DNA of 62,811 nt, counting the filler, from Diploschistes diacapsis (lineage: Eukaryota): the NCBI GenBank assembly GCA_023645945.1. It is 20 parts of 20 records of this genome, joined end to end, with 100 filler letters (N's around TTAATTAATTAA, not from the genome) between each part and the next. Parts side by side here need not be neighbours in the genome. Positions count along the whole stretch, not along the records: positions 16,411 to 40,442 come from JALAIB010000249.1; positions 40,543 to 42,485 come from JALAIB010002490.1; positions 42,586 to 44,527 come from JALAIB010002491.1; positions 44,628 to 46,567 come from JALAIB010002492.1; positions 46,668 to 48,605 come from JALAIB010002493.1; 15 more parts are not named here. One strand, given 5' to 3'. The notes below the pieces were generated by a model. It was given only the letters and a program-made list of their open reading frames with translations. It searched no databases and was not told the DNA's origin. Shown here in pieces: positions 36,682-48,705 of the stretch. The translations under genes and the position numbers were made by a program. The first letter of the stretch is position 1, and every line of letters starts with the position of its first letter.

Positions 36682-39465
36682 ATGGACCAGGACGGCACTT
36701 CTCTTCCACCCACGCCTTCCCCAGCACCGAGGCTCAGGCGCTCGCCTAAACGACACGCCCTACACGACCGAACGAGCTCGCACACAAACCAGATCCTTTT
36801 TCCCACAATTCGACCGGTTACAGACCCTGATGCAAAAGTATATGCGACATCTCCCTTTCCGAATTCGGTAGCGCAGCTTTTCCCTCCCCCGGGGCCCCGG
36901 CGGCTGCTGGCCGCCGTCACCCCACGTCCACGCCCAAGCGAGCCGCAGCAGCCCACCAACACAACAAACTTTGCAACACCCGACGTTCGAGGTCGTGAAG
37001 AAGCAGCTCCCTTCATAAATGCACCCTCCCCTCCCCAGCCCCTCGGGCTTTTCTCGCATAATGGGCCAAGGCTGGAACCTGCTGGTGTCGCCCATACACG
37101 ATCGTTTTCGTACCCTCCCGGTGAGGTTCAGGAGGACTCTGCACCATACACCCCTTCCTCAGCTGGCACAGACGTTGATCGTCTGGCCATGGTCGAGAAT
37201 CCGTCTAATGTTAATGACGCCCGCACCGGAGCATCCTCGTACCTAGCCGTACCAACCCCCTCGTCTCATCCCACAGGCTATGGATCGCAATCTTCCCCCT
37301 ACACGCCTCAGATGTCGAGCAGCAGCACCGGCCATGGCCTCCCTGCACGTCGCAGTGGCCTCGAAGCCATTGCGAGCGTTGCATCGAACTTAACGCTCGA
37401 GTCGACTCCGCAGTCTGCCGGGACTGCTGGTTCAGGTGGAACGGTGATCAGGAATATGGATTTCAGCGGCGCAATACCCCCAGGCTTCTACGCTCGCTTT
37501 CCGCCCGATCTCCAGCAAGGGACGCCTGATTCGCGCATCATCGCCGCCCCGCCTCGACGCCGTAGCTCAGCACCGCCTCGACCGGTGAGCGAGGGTCCCC
37601 TGTCGCCCATCGAGTCTGGCGCCGATTCTCCAGTCTCTCCCGTCTCTTCCGAAGCTGAAGACGCAGAGTCTCGCAAGTCTTCCCTACGCTACCCTCGTCA
37701 CCAACGCTCCCGATCCGACGATTTCCTCACTCCAGGATCAAGAGGCCATCCCATACCACAGTTCGCTTCAGGCTCGAGCGACCCGGAGCCGCAGAGTGCA
37801 ACGTCGAGCCTGTTCGCCCTGTACGGTCAAACGCACACCATTCCGAGGAAGCCGGTGTCTCGAAGCAACGCGGTGCGGTGGAACTCTTATATGTCAACCA
37901 TCCCATCCGAATCCGAAGCCAGAACCAGTAGCGGACTTGCCCAAATCACGGACGAGACGAGAAGAAGCAGCAGGGCGGTGCCCGAAGGCATGGCGCAGCC
38001 GGAACGCGATTCGGAAGCGAGCCGCTCCTCCGAGTCGATCGATTTTGCCACCCTGAGAAGTCCATTTCCTATGCCGGAGCCACTGTTCCTCGACAAGCTC
38101 ACCTCTCGGCAAAGAGTGTCTGGTGGAACATCCGCCCGCGTCGTCTCGGGTGCTGAGTTGATCAACAGACCGCTTCCGCGTCTTCCACCGCAATCTTCAC
38201 CGCCTGCAAGAGATTCCAGACAGATGGGATCGCCCACGAGTGTATATTCTCGAGGAGGATATCGCGACAGCGGCGTTCAGACATCGCCAAGCAAACGGGG
38301 CAGTTTGATGTTCTTGCGGGAAAGCATCCCAGCCTGGGCGAGGTACTCCCAACCCTTTTCTAACGGTCAACCCCAATCTCAATCTCCATCTCGCTTTCAG
38401 ATTTACAATGAGCCAGTTTACTATCCTCCCGAACATGCTCTCCTTACTCCCAATCCTCTGCTAGTAGTACCTGATTCTCTTACGTGTCCTAATTGTTCCG
38501 CGCGCTGGAAGCCGGAACCGTCTCCCGATCTAATCCAGTCTCTTAATCAGCCTAATCTTGATTATCAGCTCGCTGTTCCTTGCGCTGCGGCAAAGCGAGT
38601 CAAAGCTAACAGAAGGAAAAGGGTCTACTATGCCGACGAAAGGCGGCATCGTGATACAATCGGGCGGCCATCGTCGGGGCTATCGTCAGGCTCGAGCAGG
38701 CGCCACACGATCGGATCGCTTACCGACTCGTTCCGGTTTGCACGGAACCGTCGCTCACGGCAGGAGAGTGCAGGACAGCATCCTCGTGGCCTGAGGCCGA
38801 TCCGACCTCCCCGACCTGCAACGCACGACCGTCCGATGTCCATGCCCATCACCCCAGCCACTCCGGCCACTCCCTACGACCCGTCGATCTTTGTTGGCGA
38901 GCAGGTTCGCGGTCCCGCTCGGGATACTGCTGGCGCCGGCTGGTCGCCGCACCTTTGGCACAACCGACGGTCGGCCATCAAGAGGCGAACGCTGTTCCAA
39001 GCGCCGAGCATCGACGAAGAAGCAGAGGGCAAGGGCCTGACTCGACGGAACCTACAGATATGGTTCTTTGCTTTGGGGTTCATACTCCCCTTCCGTGAGT
39101 CGCTACTCCATGTCTCCATCTGGATTTGCTCGCTAACGTGGCGAAGTCTGGATCGTCGGCGGCCTCTCCCCTCTCCCCGTCCGACCTCGCACCCCTCCCA
39201 CATCGCCGGCCTTCGAGCGCGACCTCGAGAAGGCGCTCGGTCCGGTCGACCAGGCACGTTACGAGAACGCCAGGTGGTGGAGAAACATCAACCGAATCAT
39301 GTCTGTGGTTGGCGTTGGCGTCATCATTGCTATTGTGAGTGTGGCTTTCCAAAACCGAAACCAACATGCACCAAACTCTTTTGTGGATGTTGGATTACCT
39401 AAGCAACCTTACTGACTGGGCTCTTGCAGATTGTGCTTGCGGTCACTGCGTCGAGAAGCGGCTAG
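36682..39465 (+). CDS. Ser/Pro-rich protein with C-terminal transmembrane segments, exons 36682-38342, 38622-39094, 39147-39334, 39430-39465
   Basis: Long low-complexity N-terminus. Splicing yields PAWARVYY, WSPHL, RRNLQIWFFALGFILPFLWIVGG and YENARWWRNINRIMSVVGVGVIIAIIVLAV, typical of a conserved uncharacterised Pezizomycotina protein. Introns have CTAAC/CTGAC branch sites. Confidence 0.85.
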
Positions 39466-40542
39466 TGCCACGAGTCACTTTTCGCGACACCCGACCCTTT
39501 GGATCCGTTGTTGTCGTTGTTGGCGCCACTTGGACGACGTTCATCGACATGCGGGAACTCTACATCCTCACGCGCTCACCTAAGCTGTTGGGAGATTATC
39601 AACTCTATGCTTTCTCTCCTCCCTACGAACCGACGAACAACGGCCCCCAACCCGAGTGTCCTTCCTCCCGAACCTCATCGTTTCTTTTACAATTCCAGTT
39701 TTAATGATACCCGCAGCCACCCGCGCTGCTTCAGTTCCTCCATCTACAGCTTCTCAGCCCCTCTTCATGTCCTCAGCGACGGCCCCATACCTTGAACTCA
39801 CAACTCGCTCTTCACGGACACACTTTTGCTGCCTCGACCTATTCGTGCGCGCTCAGCGTCTAATTACACCACATGGTGTCTACCGTCGCACCTCCCAACT
39901 TCACCCACCAAAGCCCCCCCCCTACTCGATTAGTTTAAGGGGAGCTCTTTCTAACTCTCGTTAACGACATGTTTGAACGCCCTTTTCTATTTGAAGAATA
40001 AGTTATTATTAGTAGTCTTGGTCTCACCGGTGGAGGGACGTATGTGATATTTGGAGCGGATTGGATTGGATTGGATTCGGTTGGATACAGATCGAGACGG
40101 CCATCCCACCTGTTCAGGATCCCATTTACGATCCGTTCATGGTTCCCTGCTAGATCTCGGTTGGATGGACAGAGAGATTGATGGATAAGACACATGCATG
40201 ACATGGATCGATGGACATGTATGATTGATCGCTTCGCTAGTCCATAACTCGAGAGTTTGTTTCTATAATGCGTAGCCCATCCATCCATCCATCCATCCCC
40301 ACCCATCGAAACGGGGTCTCTTCCAAAGTTTAAATTTTTTTTTTTTTTTTTAAATTTCCTCCGTATATCGGCGGGGAAGCGGTTAGTTTGTGTTCTATTC
40401 CCACTCGTCCCCCTCCTCGTCGCCGTCATCGCCGTCTTCGTCNNNNNNNNNNNNNNNNNNNNNNNNNNNNNNNNNNNNNNNNNNNNTTAATTAATTAANN
40501 NNNNNNNNNNNNNNNNNNNNNNNNNNNNNNNNNNNNNNNNNN

Positions 40543-41212
40543 GTTATGCGGTGAATTAATATCCTGAATAAATAAGAAATAGAACTTAATTTTAACGTTA
40601 ATTACAGAAGCTGAATATATTGATTTATTTCACGCCGTTAAATAAGCTTTATAATGCTTATAGTTTTTGAGAGATATTAACTATTTTGATCTTATAGGAC
40701 TATCTCTATATATTATTAATCTATTCGGCGATAATATTAGTTTTTTAAATCTAATAAAACAAGTAAGGATCAACGACCGTTCAAAACACGCCGATATTAT
40801 TTCTTATTACATACGAGATCTTGTTAAGCAAGAACGTATTAAAGTGTTTTATGTCTTTATCGATAAAATAATTATTGATGGGCTTATAAAATCATTAAAC
40901 TATTCGAAACACGACGTCTTTATTAAGAGACTAGGTCTAGTTCAAAAGATATCCAGTTAGACTACATAGATATGCCGGGTGATTCCGCTTGTGGGGGAGT
41001 ATTAAATAGATAGGTAGAAGGTATGGCTAGGAGTATAACTGAATTTTAGAAGGTTCAGTTCAGCTGAACCTTCTGGAATTTTAACTAGACCGAATAAGGA
41101 ATAGTGTAGGTAATAGGGCTTAGTGTATCCCACGAGCATAAAAGTCTGCAAAGTAGGATAACCTCCTAGACAAGACCTCTAGACTTCAATATATCCATTA
41201 CGTTGCCAAACA
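40543..41212 (+). mobile_element. Ty1/Copia 3' end: RNase H remnant, polypurine tract and 3' LTR (41000-41212)
   Basis: TEAEY near 40605 and DN..RSKHADI..YYIRDLV..IIDGLIKSL (Copia RNase H consensus KHID..ADGLTK). GGGGGAG PPT at 40993-40999; the LTR ends AAACA. Confidence 0.9.
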
Positions 41213-41849
41213 ATTTAATTCGTTTATATTATAGATATATTCGGGCGCGTATTGTCCCTTATTATATTAAATTATTATTATATCGAATTACCGTTGTATA
41301 ATCTTGTAATTTATCTTATTAAATTTATTAAACTCGATTTATCTTATTTAAATATTAATAATTTTAAGAAATCGTTTGCGAAATCGCGATATTTAATATT
41401 TATCGATAAATTAAAAATTCGCGATCGTGATTTTTAAATTCGATTCGAATCGAATACGTTCGCGTTAAATCTTTTCGATTATTTCTATCATTAACGTAAA
41501 CGATGCAAAAAAGTTAATTTATATAAAACGTGTAATTTATCGTATTAATATCTTTTCTTCTAAATTTAAAAAGATTTAAATCGCTTCATAGTTATTAGAA
41601 CGAGATTAAGTTTTATCGAATTATTCTATAATGATCGATCGAGATATTTTAAATACGCGGATAGTTTCTCGAATATTAATATATTATTATAATTTTAGGG
41701 CCTATAAATAGTCGTTAATATTAAATTCTATTAAAATCGAATTATTATTATACGAGGTAGTCATTGTTAAGAAAGATCGAATATAAGATGAAAATAGTGA
41801 TTTGAGATGGCCGGAATCTGGGGGTGGCCGGAATCCCCGTGAAACACGT
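41213..41849. mobile_element. Fot1/pogo terminal fragment with TIR
   Basis: Reverse complement of 49883-50520. Ends CCGTGAAACACGT|TA. Confidence 0.8.
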
Positions 41850-41852
41850 TAA

Positions 41853-42400
41853 CGATTAAAGTTCAATTGAACCATTATCAAACCCTATCGATCACTTATT
41901 AACTATCGAAATCCAATTAAATCGCTGCTAGACCAATTCGACCTTTCATCACTCGTCGAAATTCAGTCGAATCGCTACCTCCGCAACATCTAGTCGACAC
42001 TTTAACAACTATCGAAGTTCAGCTGAACCGCTGTTAAATTCACTCGCTTCTTTTCGATAATCATCGATATTCAGTTTTACCGCTGCTGAGCCGATTCGAT
42101 CATTCCATAATTATCGACATTCAGCTTATCGCCGCTGAACCCCTTCGATTCCTTATCAATCATCGAAATCCAGCGAACCGTTATTGGATCTATTCGATTC
42201 CCTGTTAATCATCGAAGTTCAATTAAACCGCTACTCAACTTATTTAATACCGTCGTTAACATCGATATTTTGTTTACCGTCGCTAAATTAATTCGATATT
42301 TCGATAATTATCGATATTCAGCTTTACCACGATTAAATTTACTCGATCCTTCGATAATCGTCGAATTTCAATTAAACCATTGTTAAACCCAATCGATTAC
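41853..42400. repeat. Degenerate ~50-bp tandem array, about 11 units
   Basis: Recurring ATCGA(A/T)(A/G)TTCA...CCGCTGCT...TTCGAT at ~50-bp spacing. Confidence 0.7.
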
Positions 42401-42585
42401 GAATAATAACGAGATAAAAGATATTTTACTTAAAAAGCGTGTTATTTCTAATATATAAAATTATAATATTTTAAAAAAGAATAATNNNNNNNNNNNNNNN
42501 NNNNNNNNNNNNNNNNNNNNNNNNNNNNNTTAATTAATTAANNNNNNNNNNNNNNNNNNNNNNNNNNNNNNNNNNNNNNNNNNNN

Positions 42586-43733
42586 CTTTTCGAATCTGAA
42601 CCATTCAGCCTACAGATTGCAGCTACACGTGATCCTTCCAGATTAGGCTCAGCCCCTGGTTGTGTAGTATTCCTATAGGGGCGTTCTACATTCGAAAAGG
42701 TCCTTCAGGGCTACCTGCTCGGCTCAGGACCTGAAGTATTCAGCCTACATCACCTACCTACCTACCTACCTACCTACGAGAAAGAATCTAGACCTAATCT
42801 TATCTAATGCTGCCTACGCGAGCTGGCGCGTTTTTGAAGATAAAAGGTCTACGACACCTAAAAACGACGAAAAACCTCCTACGACAAGCAAAAGATCGAC
42901 GAATCAAAACCCTCGATCTAATCAGTATTCAGCTATAGCTATAACTAAAATACTAGATCTAGTCTTATCTATCGCGATGAGACACTACCTAAACGAATAA
43001 CCTAATAATAGTAAATCTACGACACACCTACCTAGAACGACGAAAAGCTCCTATAAAGAACCTACGACAAGCAGATCAACGAATTAGAGGCCACGATCTA
43101 ATCTAATCTAATCAATTACGACGAAAGAGCTTGGGATCCCATACAAGTTTTGAACCAGTCGAACCTTCATTTCATCAACAAACAAACCTTCATTTCGCCA
43201 CCTTTCGAAAGCGGTTTCTGCTGCCACGTCTACTACTGCTACTACTGCTTTTCGCCCTAGGAGTCGCCTATTTTCAGTACTATTGGTCTAATAGCACCCA
43301 TTTACGACGCCGAAACTTGAGAGGAGTAAGATCGAGCACGTGTCTACGTGTAGTACGGGTTGAAGAGAATAAAGGGAAAAGGGACTAGACTAGACCGAAA
43401 AGAATATTAGGATATAAAAGGACTAGAAGCAGATATTCGAATTAAGAAAGGGGTTTTGTTTTAATTTTATTTTGTTTTGTTGCTAAAGGACAGCAACAGT
43501 TTAGAAAGAGGGATAATAGAACATCCTGAACGTTTGTGGGTTCAAGGGGTTGAACCCTGGTAGGGCTGGTAGGGCTGGCACCCAGTATTTATATGTGCCC
43601 TCCTCCACCTAGATAGTTCCTCCCTTACCTTTTCGAATCTGAACCATTCAGCCTACAGATTGCAGCTACACGTGATCCTTCCAGATTAAGCTCAGCCCCT
43701 GGTTGTGTAGTATTCCTGTAGGGGCGTTCTATA
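42586..43733 (+). mobile_element. Miniature non-autonomous LTR retrotransposon (TRIM-like)
   Basis: Direct repeats 42586-42690 and 43629-43733 are nearly identical (full LTR ~43515-43733). Internal region ~820 bp with no retroelement ORF, purine tract at 43503-43513, and PBS complementary to the LTR itself. Confidence 0.8.
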
Positions 43734-44527
43734 TATATCTGTTTAATATATTAAACGATTATGGTTATTAAAACGTCGTTCGTGTCGTTTATTATTTAAG
43801 AATCTTATATGCTGGACGTTATTAGCGCGGCGTCGATAAATATTAGATACGTGATTAAATTATTAATAACGCGTACGATACTCGTTATTAACGTAATAGG
43901 CTCCGGTGCACCCGATTTAATAAATTTAGGTTTAAATTTAGGTTTAGTTCTTTTTCTTAAAACCTTAATCCGCAAGAACTTCTTTATTGACTGTCGGTTA
44001 CCATCATCTGGCTCGGGTTGATCACACGGAACGGGAATAGAGGCCCTTAAGGTATTGTGATCCTTAATAGGAATAAATGATAGAAGTTTAGTATGATTCA
44101 GCTGAACCTTTGTTTTTGTCGTTAATACGTTTTTAATATGCGTAATCGATGCGTTCTTAACGTTAATAATTGATCCGTCGTTAATACCTTTAATATTAGG
44201 TATTAGATCGTTCGTTAGACGTCTCGGTGGCTTTCGGATAAGTATTACGTTATCGTTTTTTTTATAACTTTCAAATAGTTTTAATTCTTAAAAAATAAAC
44301 GTTTTATCTTTTTTAAATTTGACTGAATTAGTTTTAATAATCTTTTAAATATCGGGTGTTTAGATCTTATATTGTTTATCGATATTGATATATTTAATTA
44401 TTATTTCCAATCTCGTTTTATTTATTAATTTATTTATGGTTTAGGTAGTAATTTCGGATTGACGTAATTATAATATTTTAATTTTTAGATACGGATATTA
44501 TCTATTAACGGCTTTTTATTTAATTAA
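43734..44527 (-). mobile_element. Degraded Copia-like internal region (target of the miniature LTR element)
   Basis: Colinear with 12625-13410. Confidence 0.55.
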
Positions 44528-45085
44528 NNNNNNNNNNNNNNNNNNNNNNNNNNNNNNNNNNNNNNNNNNNNTTAATTAATTAANNNNNNNNNNNNNNNNN
44601 NNNNNNNNNNNNNNNNNNNNNNNNNNNGTGGGAAGGGAGAGTGAAAATGGTGGTGGATTGTAACATGTTCGACCACCGTTTTTGGTGGAAGTCTTTGTGC
44701 ATATAGTTTCTCTTTGCTAGCGCAGCATGAGCCATTTGATGGGTATTGAATGCGGTTTGGAGGGGAAAGAGGCGTTGAGTTAGGGATACCCTTTATCGAA
44801 GATATAATCTGGCTGAATGAAGATTATTTTTTTCGCCGCTCAAACTGGATGACCTTAATTTTCCTGAGCATGTTTGCGTCTTATCGAAAAGCAGTATTGC
44901 AATTTCCCTAAGCAAACCCTTGTGTATGGCCCCTATTTCTCGAACTTCAGCTGTATTGGCAGAACGGTGCTTAAGCCTTCATTCGTTTCAACGAGAACCG
45001 AATGTCCATGTCCTGCCAGAGGCAAGCAACCGCTGTAGTGTCTCGACCCAGGGGGGCCTACCGTTGTGCACAGTATCGCTAGCAA

Positions 45086-46567
45086 TGGCTGCAAACCCAA
45101 CAGAGAAACAACTCCCATTGCGCAGCGGTCGTTGGACTGTTACTCTACGGTATAGCCATGTTCCCGACAACTGCCGCGCCATCCCTGGGTTGCTCCCCGA
45201 TGGTGGACGGGTTGGTGCAGAGGCAGTTTTCGACTCTCCAAGGGAAACGCGAATTCGTAAGGCCTCTTTTGAAGCCATCCATGAGACTCTGACCTATAAC
45301 CCTGCGGACCCTCTCCGTCTTGATACTCATGCCCTCAAACATTCAACCCATTGAGCTCTATCCAACTTGTTCTAGCGTCAGTGCGACCGCAGACGTTGCT
45401 TCACCTTCCGTCACCTGCCAGGCTCCTTGTTGTAGCCGGACATTCCAGCTACTTTCTTGACGAGCCTCAGCAACTTGATTGCGAGGTATTGTAGGCGGTC
45501 TTATCTGTCTATAGCCTTCCATACACAGCATCCCTTGGTTTCAGGTCCAACAACAGCGATTGCGGCAGGACTTGGCGGCCTCTTGGCTATGCAAAAAGGA
45601 TAGATACTAGCAAGCGAGGATCTAAAGGGAGACTGGCAAGAGAGATTAGGAAGAATGACCCGGCGAGCGAAGATCAAGATCTTTATCGAGAAGAGCATTT
45701 ACCGGAAAAGTCACGTGTATCTGCTTTGCGAGGAGAAAGGAAGAGTAAAAAAAGAACAGAAAAGAAAGGAGCCTGCCCACTGCCGTCGGTCTCGGCCGGT
45801 CGGTGTCACAACTAGGCTAGTGTTCTGTTGTAGACGAACAATCCTACCTGGCCTGGCATTTGTCTCCCATTTCTTTCAGACATATGCCCCCAAGAACCTC
45901 CTGAAGTGTCATTGCTCTTCAACAGCAGCTCACCAGCGCATCCCCCGCCTCTTCAAAAGGCAGAATCTCCTCAAAACGGCACCGTATCAAGGTACACGTT
46001 GCCCGACCTCTACCAGAGCGTGAACATCATCGTTCTCCATTGCCCTAGTACGCAACAATGCGCGGAACCAGGCCGGTTTCTTCAAGGACATCGACCGCGA
46101 TTGCGTCTCCATGTTATGTACCCAGCGGCGCTTCTGGCACATCGGCCACGCTGGTTATCCTGATGCAACATCGCATTATATTGAAAACAGTATATATCCT
46201 CTCCGTGCTAATGAAGCAGGATTCAACCTATCCTTGCTTCCATTAACCCTGTGCTTACAACGGCAACATCTTCAAGAGAAAAACCCAGCCAGAGTGCACA
46301 AACTCTTCGAGACAGCTTCGTCCGACTCCAGCCCGTTGCAATTAGGTCAGATCAGGACCAGCCGTCGCTCCTTCTGCTCGGGCGGAATTCCCATCCAGCT
46401 TTCCGCATCAAGCAACATCCCTTCCCCAAACTCGAGCCCCTCACAAGGCCTGCTCGATGCGGCGAGCGCGAGCGAGAGGGATCCGAGGGCGTTTGGCGCT
46501 GGTGGAGCTGGTGGAGCGGAGGCGTGGGAGGTGTTTGAACCGGGGGGGTATATAGTGTATCGAGGGG
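45086..46567 (+). other. Unique, non-RIP sequence, possibly a multi-exon orphan gene or pseudogene
   Basis: Balanced GC, several short plus-strand ORFs and splice-like signals, and an open frame running off the contig end. No family recognised and no consistent gene model obtained. Confidence 0.25.
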
Positions 46568-46667
46568 NNNNNNNNNNNNNNNNNNNNNNNNNNNNNNNNN
46601 NNNNNNNNNNNTTAATTAATTAANNNNNNNNNNNNNNNNNNNNNNNNNNNNNNNNNNNNNNNNNNNN

Positions 46668-47210
46668 CTCCCCGCCAACTCCACCTGCACCCTGGGCCTC
46701 TCCATGCCAGGCAGCTGGAACGACAACAACTCCACCTGGACCGCCTTCCTCCCCAACAGCCCCAGCCCGACCTACATGGACATCTACCTCCTCACGGGTC
46801 CCGCGGACCCTAGCAAAGACACCCTCGCGAGCCCGGCAGCCAACGTTTTCTATGGCACCATGGGCCTCACCCTGCCCCCACTCGGCAGCCCTGAGACGGG
46901 TCTCAATGTCAGCATGGACCCGCCGACGATCCCATGCGATGGTTGTGGGGTGATGGTCACAGCCGGGGGTGATGAGTTTATTTTGTTCTGGAACCGTGAG
47001 TGTCTTCCATTCTCCCTTGTGTACCTGCAACCTACCCACTTTGTTGTGGGCGGGAGAATACGAAGAGGGAGTGGGAATGGGGGCTGCTCAAGAGGCATCG
47101 AGGCAAGTCTTGTGTATGCTTAGAGCGATGCTGACGTACTGCGCTACGGAACAGAAAATCCCGAGGCCGGACGCGGTCTGCAGCTGATCGTCACGAGTCC
47201 CTCAACGTGA
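46668..47210 (+). CDS. 3' part of a probably secreted protein, weakly But2 C-terminal-like; exons <46668-46995 and 47155-47210
   Basis: Open GC-rich frame from the contig start (PANSTCTLGLSMPG...). Intron GTGAGT...CTGAC...CAG gives the C-terminus LFWNQNPEAGRGLQLIVTSPST*. The family guess is tentative. Confidence 0.6.
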
Positions 47211-48118
47211 GCTTGAGATACTAGATCCTTTGGCTTGCGCACCGTCTGCTTTTCCGGCCTTACTGACCATGTATTAGAGGCTGTTAGGGATCTTGGATTG
47301 ACCGATAGAGTTGGTGAGGGTGTTCCTTTTCACCGGGAAAGAGCGCGGGTGCTGGGGTGCTTGTCTACGAGGTTGCTTGTACTATGCTCGCTAGCTATCA
47401 TAGGGGTGAATCAGGCGCTTTTAATAGGTCGAGTGGTGGCGAAAAGGGCTGGTGCTTTGCTTCGATAGAGTAATAAAGGGCCTCACGGCTGCCTAAGAAT
47501 AAGAAGGAGGGATGAAAATATAAATGGCTGCTGTGTATTTGCTTGGTTCCGTGCAGTGATCTGTTGCCCGCAGGTATTTATACTGACGTCCATTTTTCGA
47601 AATAAATGGTCTATAATTGACACCTGGCATCCTTACAATATCTTTATCTTTGAATTTAACAGATATATACAGGTGGTATCTCGATAGGTGGTATAACTTT
47701 TGAGGTAGTGGGGATCTTGTGGATCGATGTCCCGGGGGGCCATGGAAAATCCGAGATTATACATAGAACGACTTGAGTATGAATAGGAAAGGTTGGGGAA
47801 AGTTGGGGGCTACTGGTTATAGTGCTGAGTACAGTCCGGCTGTTAGCATATCAAAAACCTTCTCATCGCAGCTCATACAAGAGGGGCATGTGATACGCTA
47901 ATAGTTGGGAGCGGGCTAGATAGAAAACACTGCCCCCGGGCAATTTTACTCAACAACTCTTTTAATAATCCCCCATATACACGTGCAGGAGAAACCTTCT
48001 CACCTTTCGACCTACAAAAAAGCCACACCACACAACAGACCCCCCCCTCCAAATCACCCAAAACCACCACCCTAACTCCATCTCTCTCTCTCACACACAC
48101 AAAAAAAAAAAAAAAACC

Positions 48119-48605
48119 ATGGCCACCACAACGCTAGCCTCGCGGCGGCTGTTCGCCGAGTTCAAGGCGCTCTCCCTGGACGCGCCGACGGGGATCGTGG
48201 CGGGGCCGGTGTCGGAGGAGGACCTGTTCCGGTGGGAGGCGCTGATCTCGGGGCCGGCGGGCACGGCGTTCGAGGGCGGGGTGCTGGTGGCGGAGCTGGC
48301 GTTCCCGCGCGACTACCCGCTGTCGCCGCCGGCGATGAGGTTCGTGTCGTCGCCGGCCGTGTTCCATCCGAACGTGTACGCCGACGGCGGCGTCTGCATC
48401 AGCATCCTGCACCCGCCCGGCGACGACCCGCTGCACTACGAGCAGGCCAGCGAGCGCTGGAGCCCCGTCCAGAGCGTCGAGAAGATCCTGCTCAGCGTCA
48501 TGAGCATGCTCGCCGAGCCCAACGACGAGAGCCCCGCCAACGTCGAGGCCGCCAAGATGTGGAGGGCCGATAGGAAGGCCTACGAGGAGAGGGTCAGGAG
48601 GGGGG
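48119..48605 (+). CDS. UBC7: Ubiquitin-conjugating enzyme E2 Ubc7/UBE2G, 3'-truncated by contig end, intronless
   Basis: FHPNVY..G.VCISILH catalytic Cys motif, the Ubc7-type acidic loop PPGDDPLHYEQASERWSPVQSVEKILLSV, and EPNDESPAN. Confidence 0.95.
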
Positions 48606-48705
48606 NNNNNNNNNNNNNNNNNNNNNNNNNNNNNNNNNNNNNNNNNNNNTTAATTAATTAANNNNNNNNNNNNNNNNNNNNNNNNNNNNNNNNNNNNNNN
48701 NNNNN

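Noticed and set aside
39095..39402. C-terminus of the 906-aa ORF as given in the track
   Set aside because: It runs through an intron into the wrong frame. The spliced model ends at 39465.
16411..40442. Possible biosynthetic cluster, Starship cargo, or functional linkage of the protease, Rce1 and the secreted precursor
   Set aside because: No backbone enzyme, transporter, DUF3435 recombinase or DUF3328 gene is visible. RFC4 and RCE1 are core housekeeping genes, and the secreted protein has no CAAX end.
41853..42400. CRISPR-like repeat/spacer appearance of this array and the 49-bp array at 57095
   Set aside because: The context is eukaryotic with no cas genes. Units are tandem and degenerate rather than identical repeats with unique spacers.
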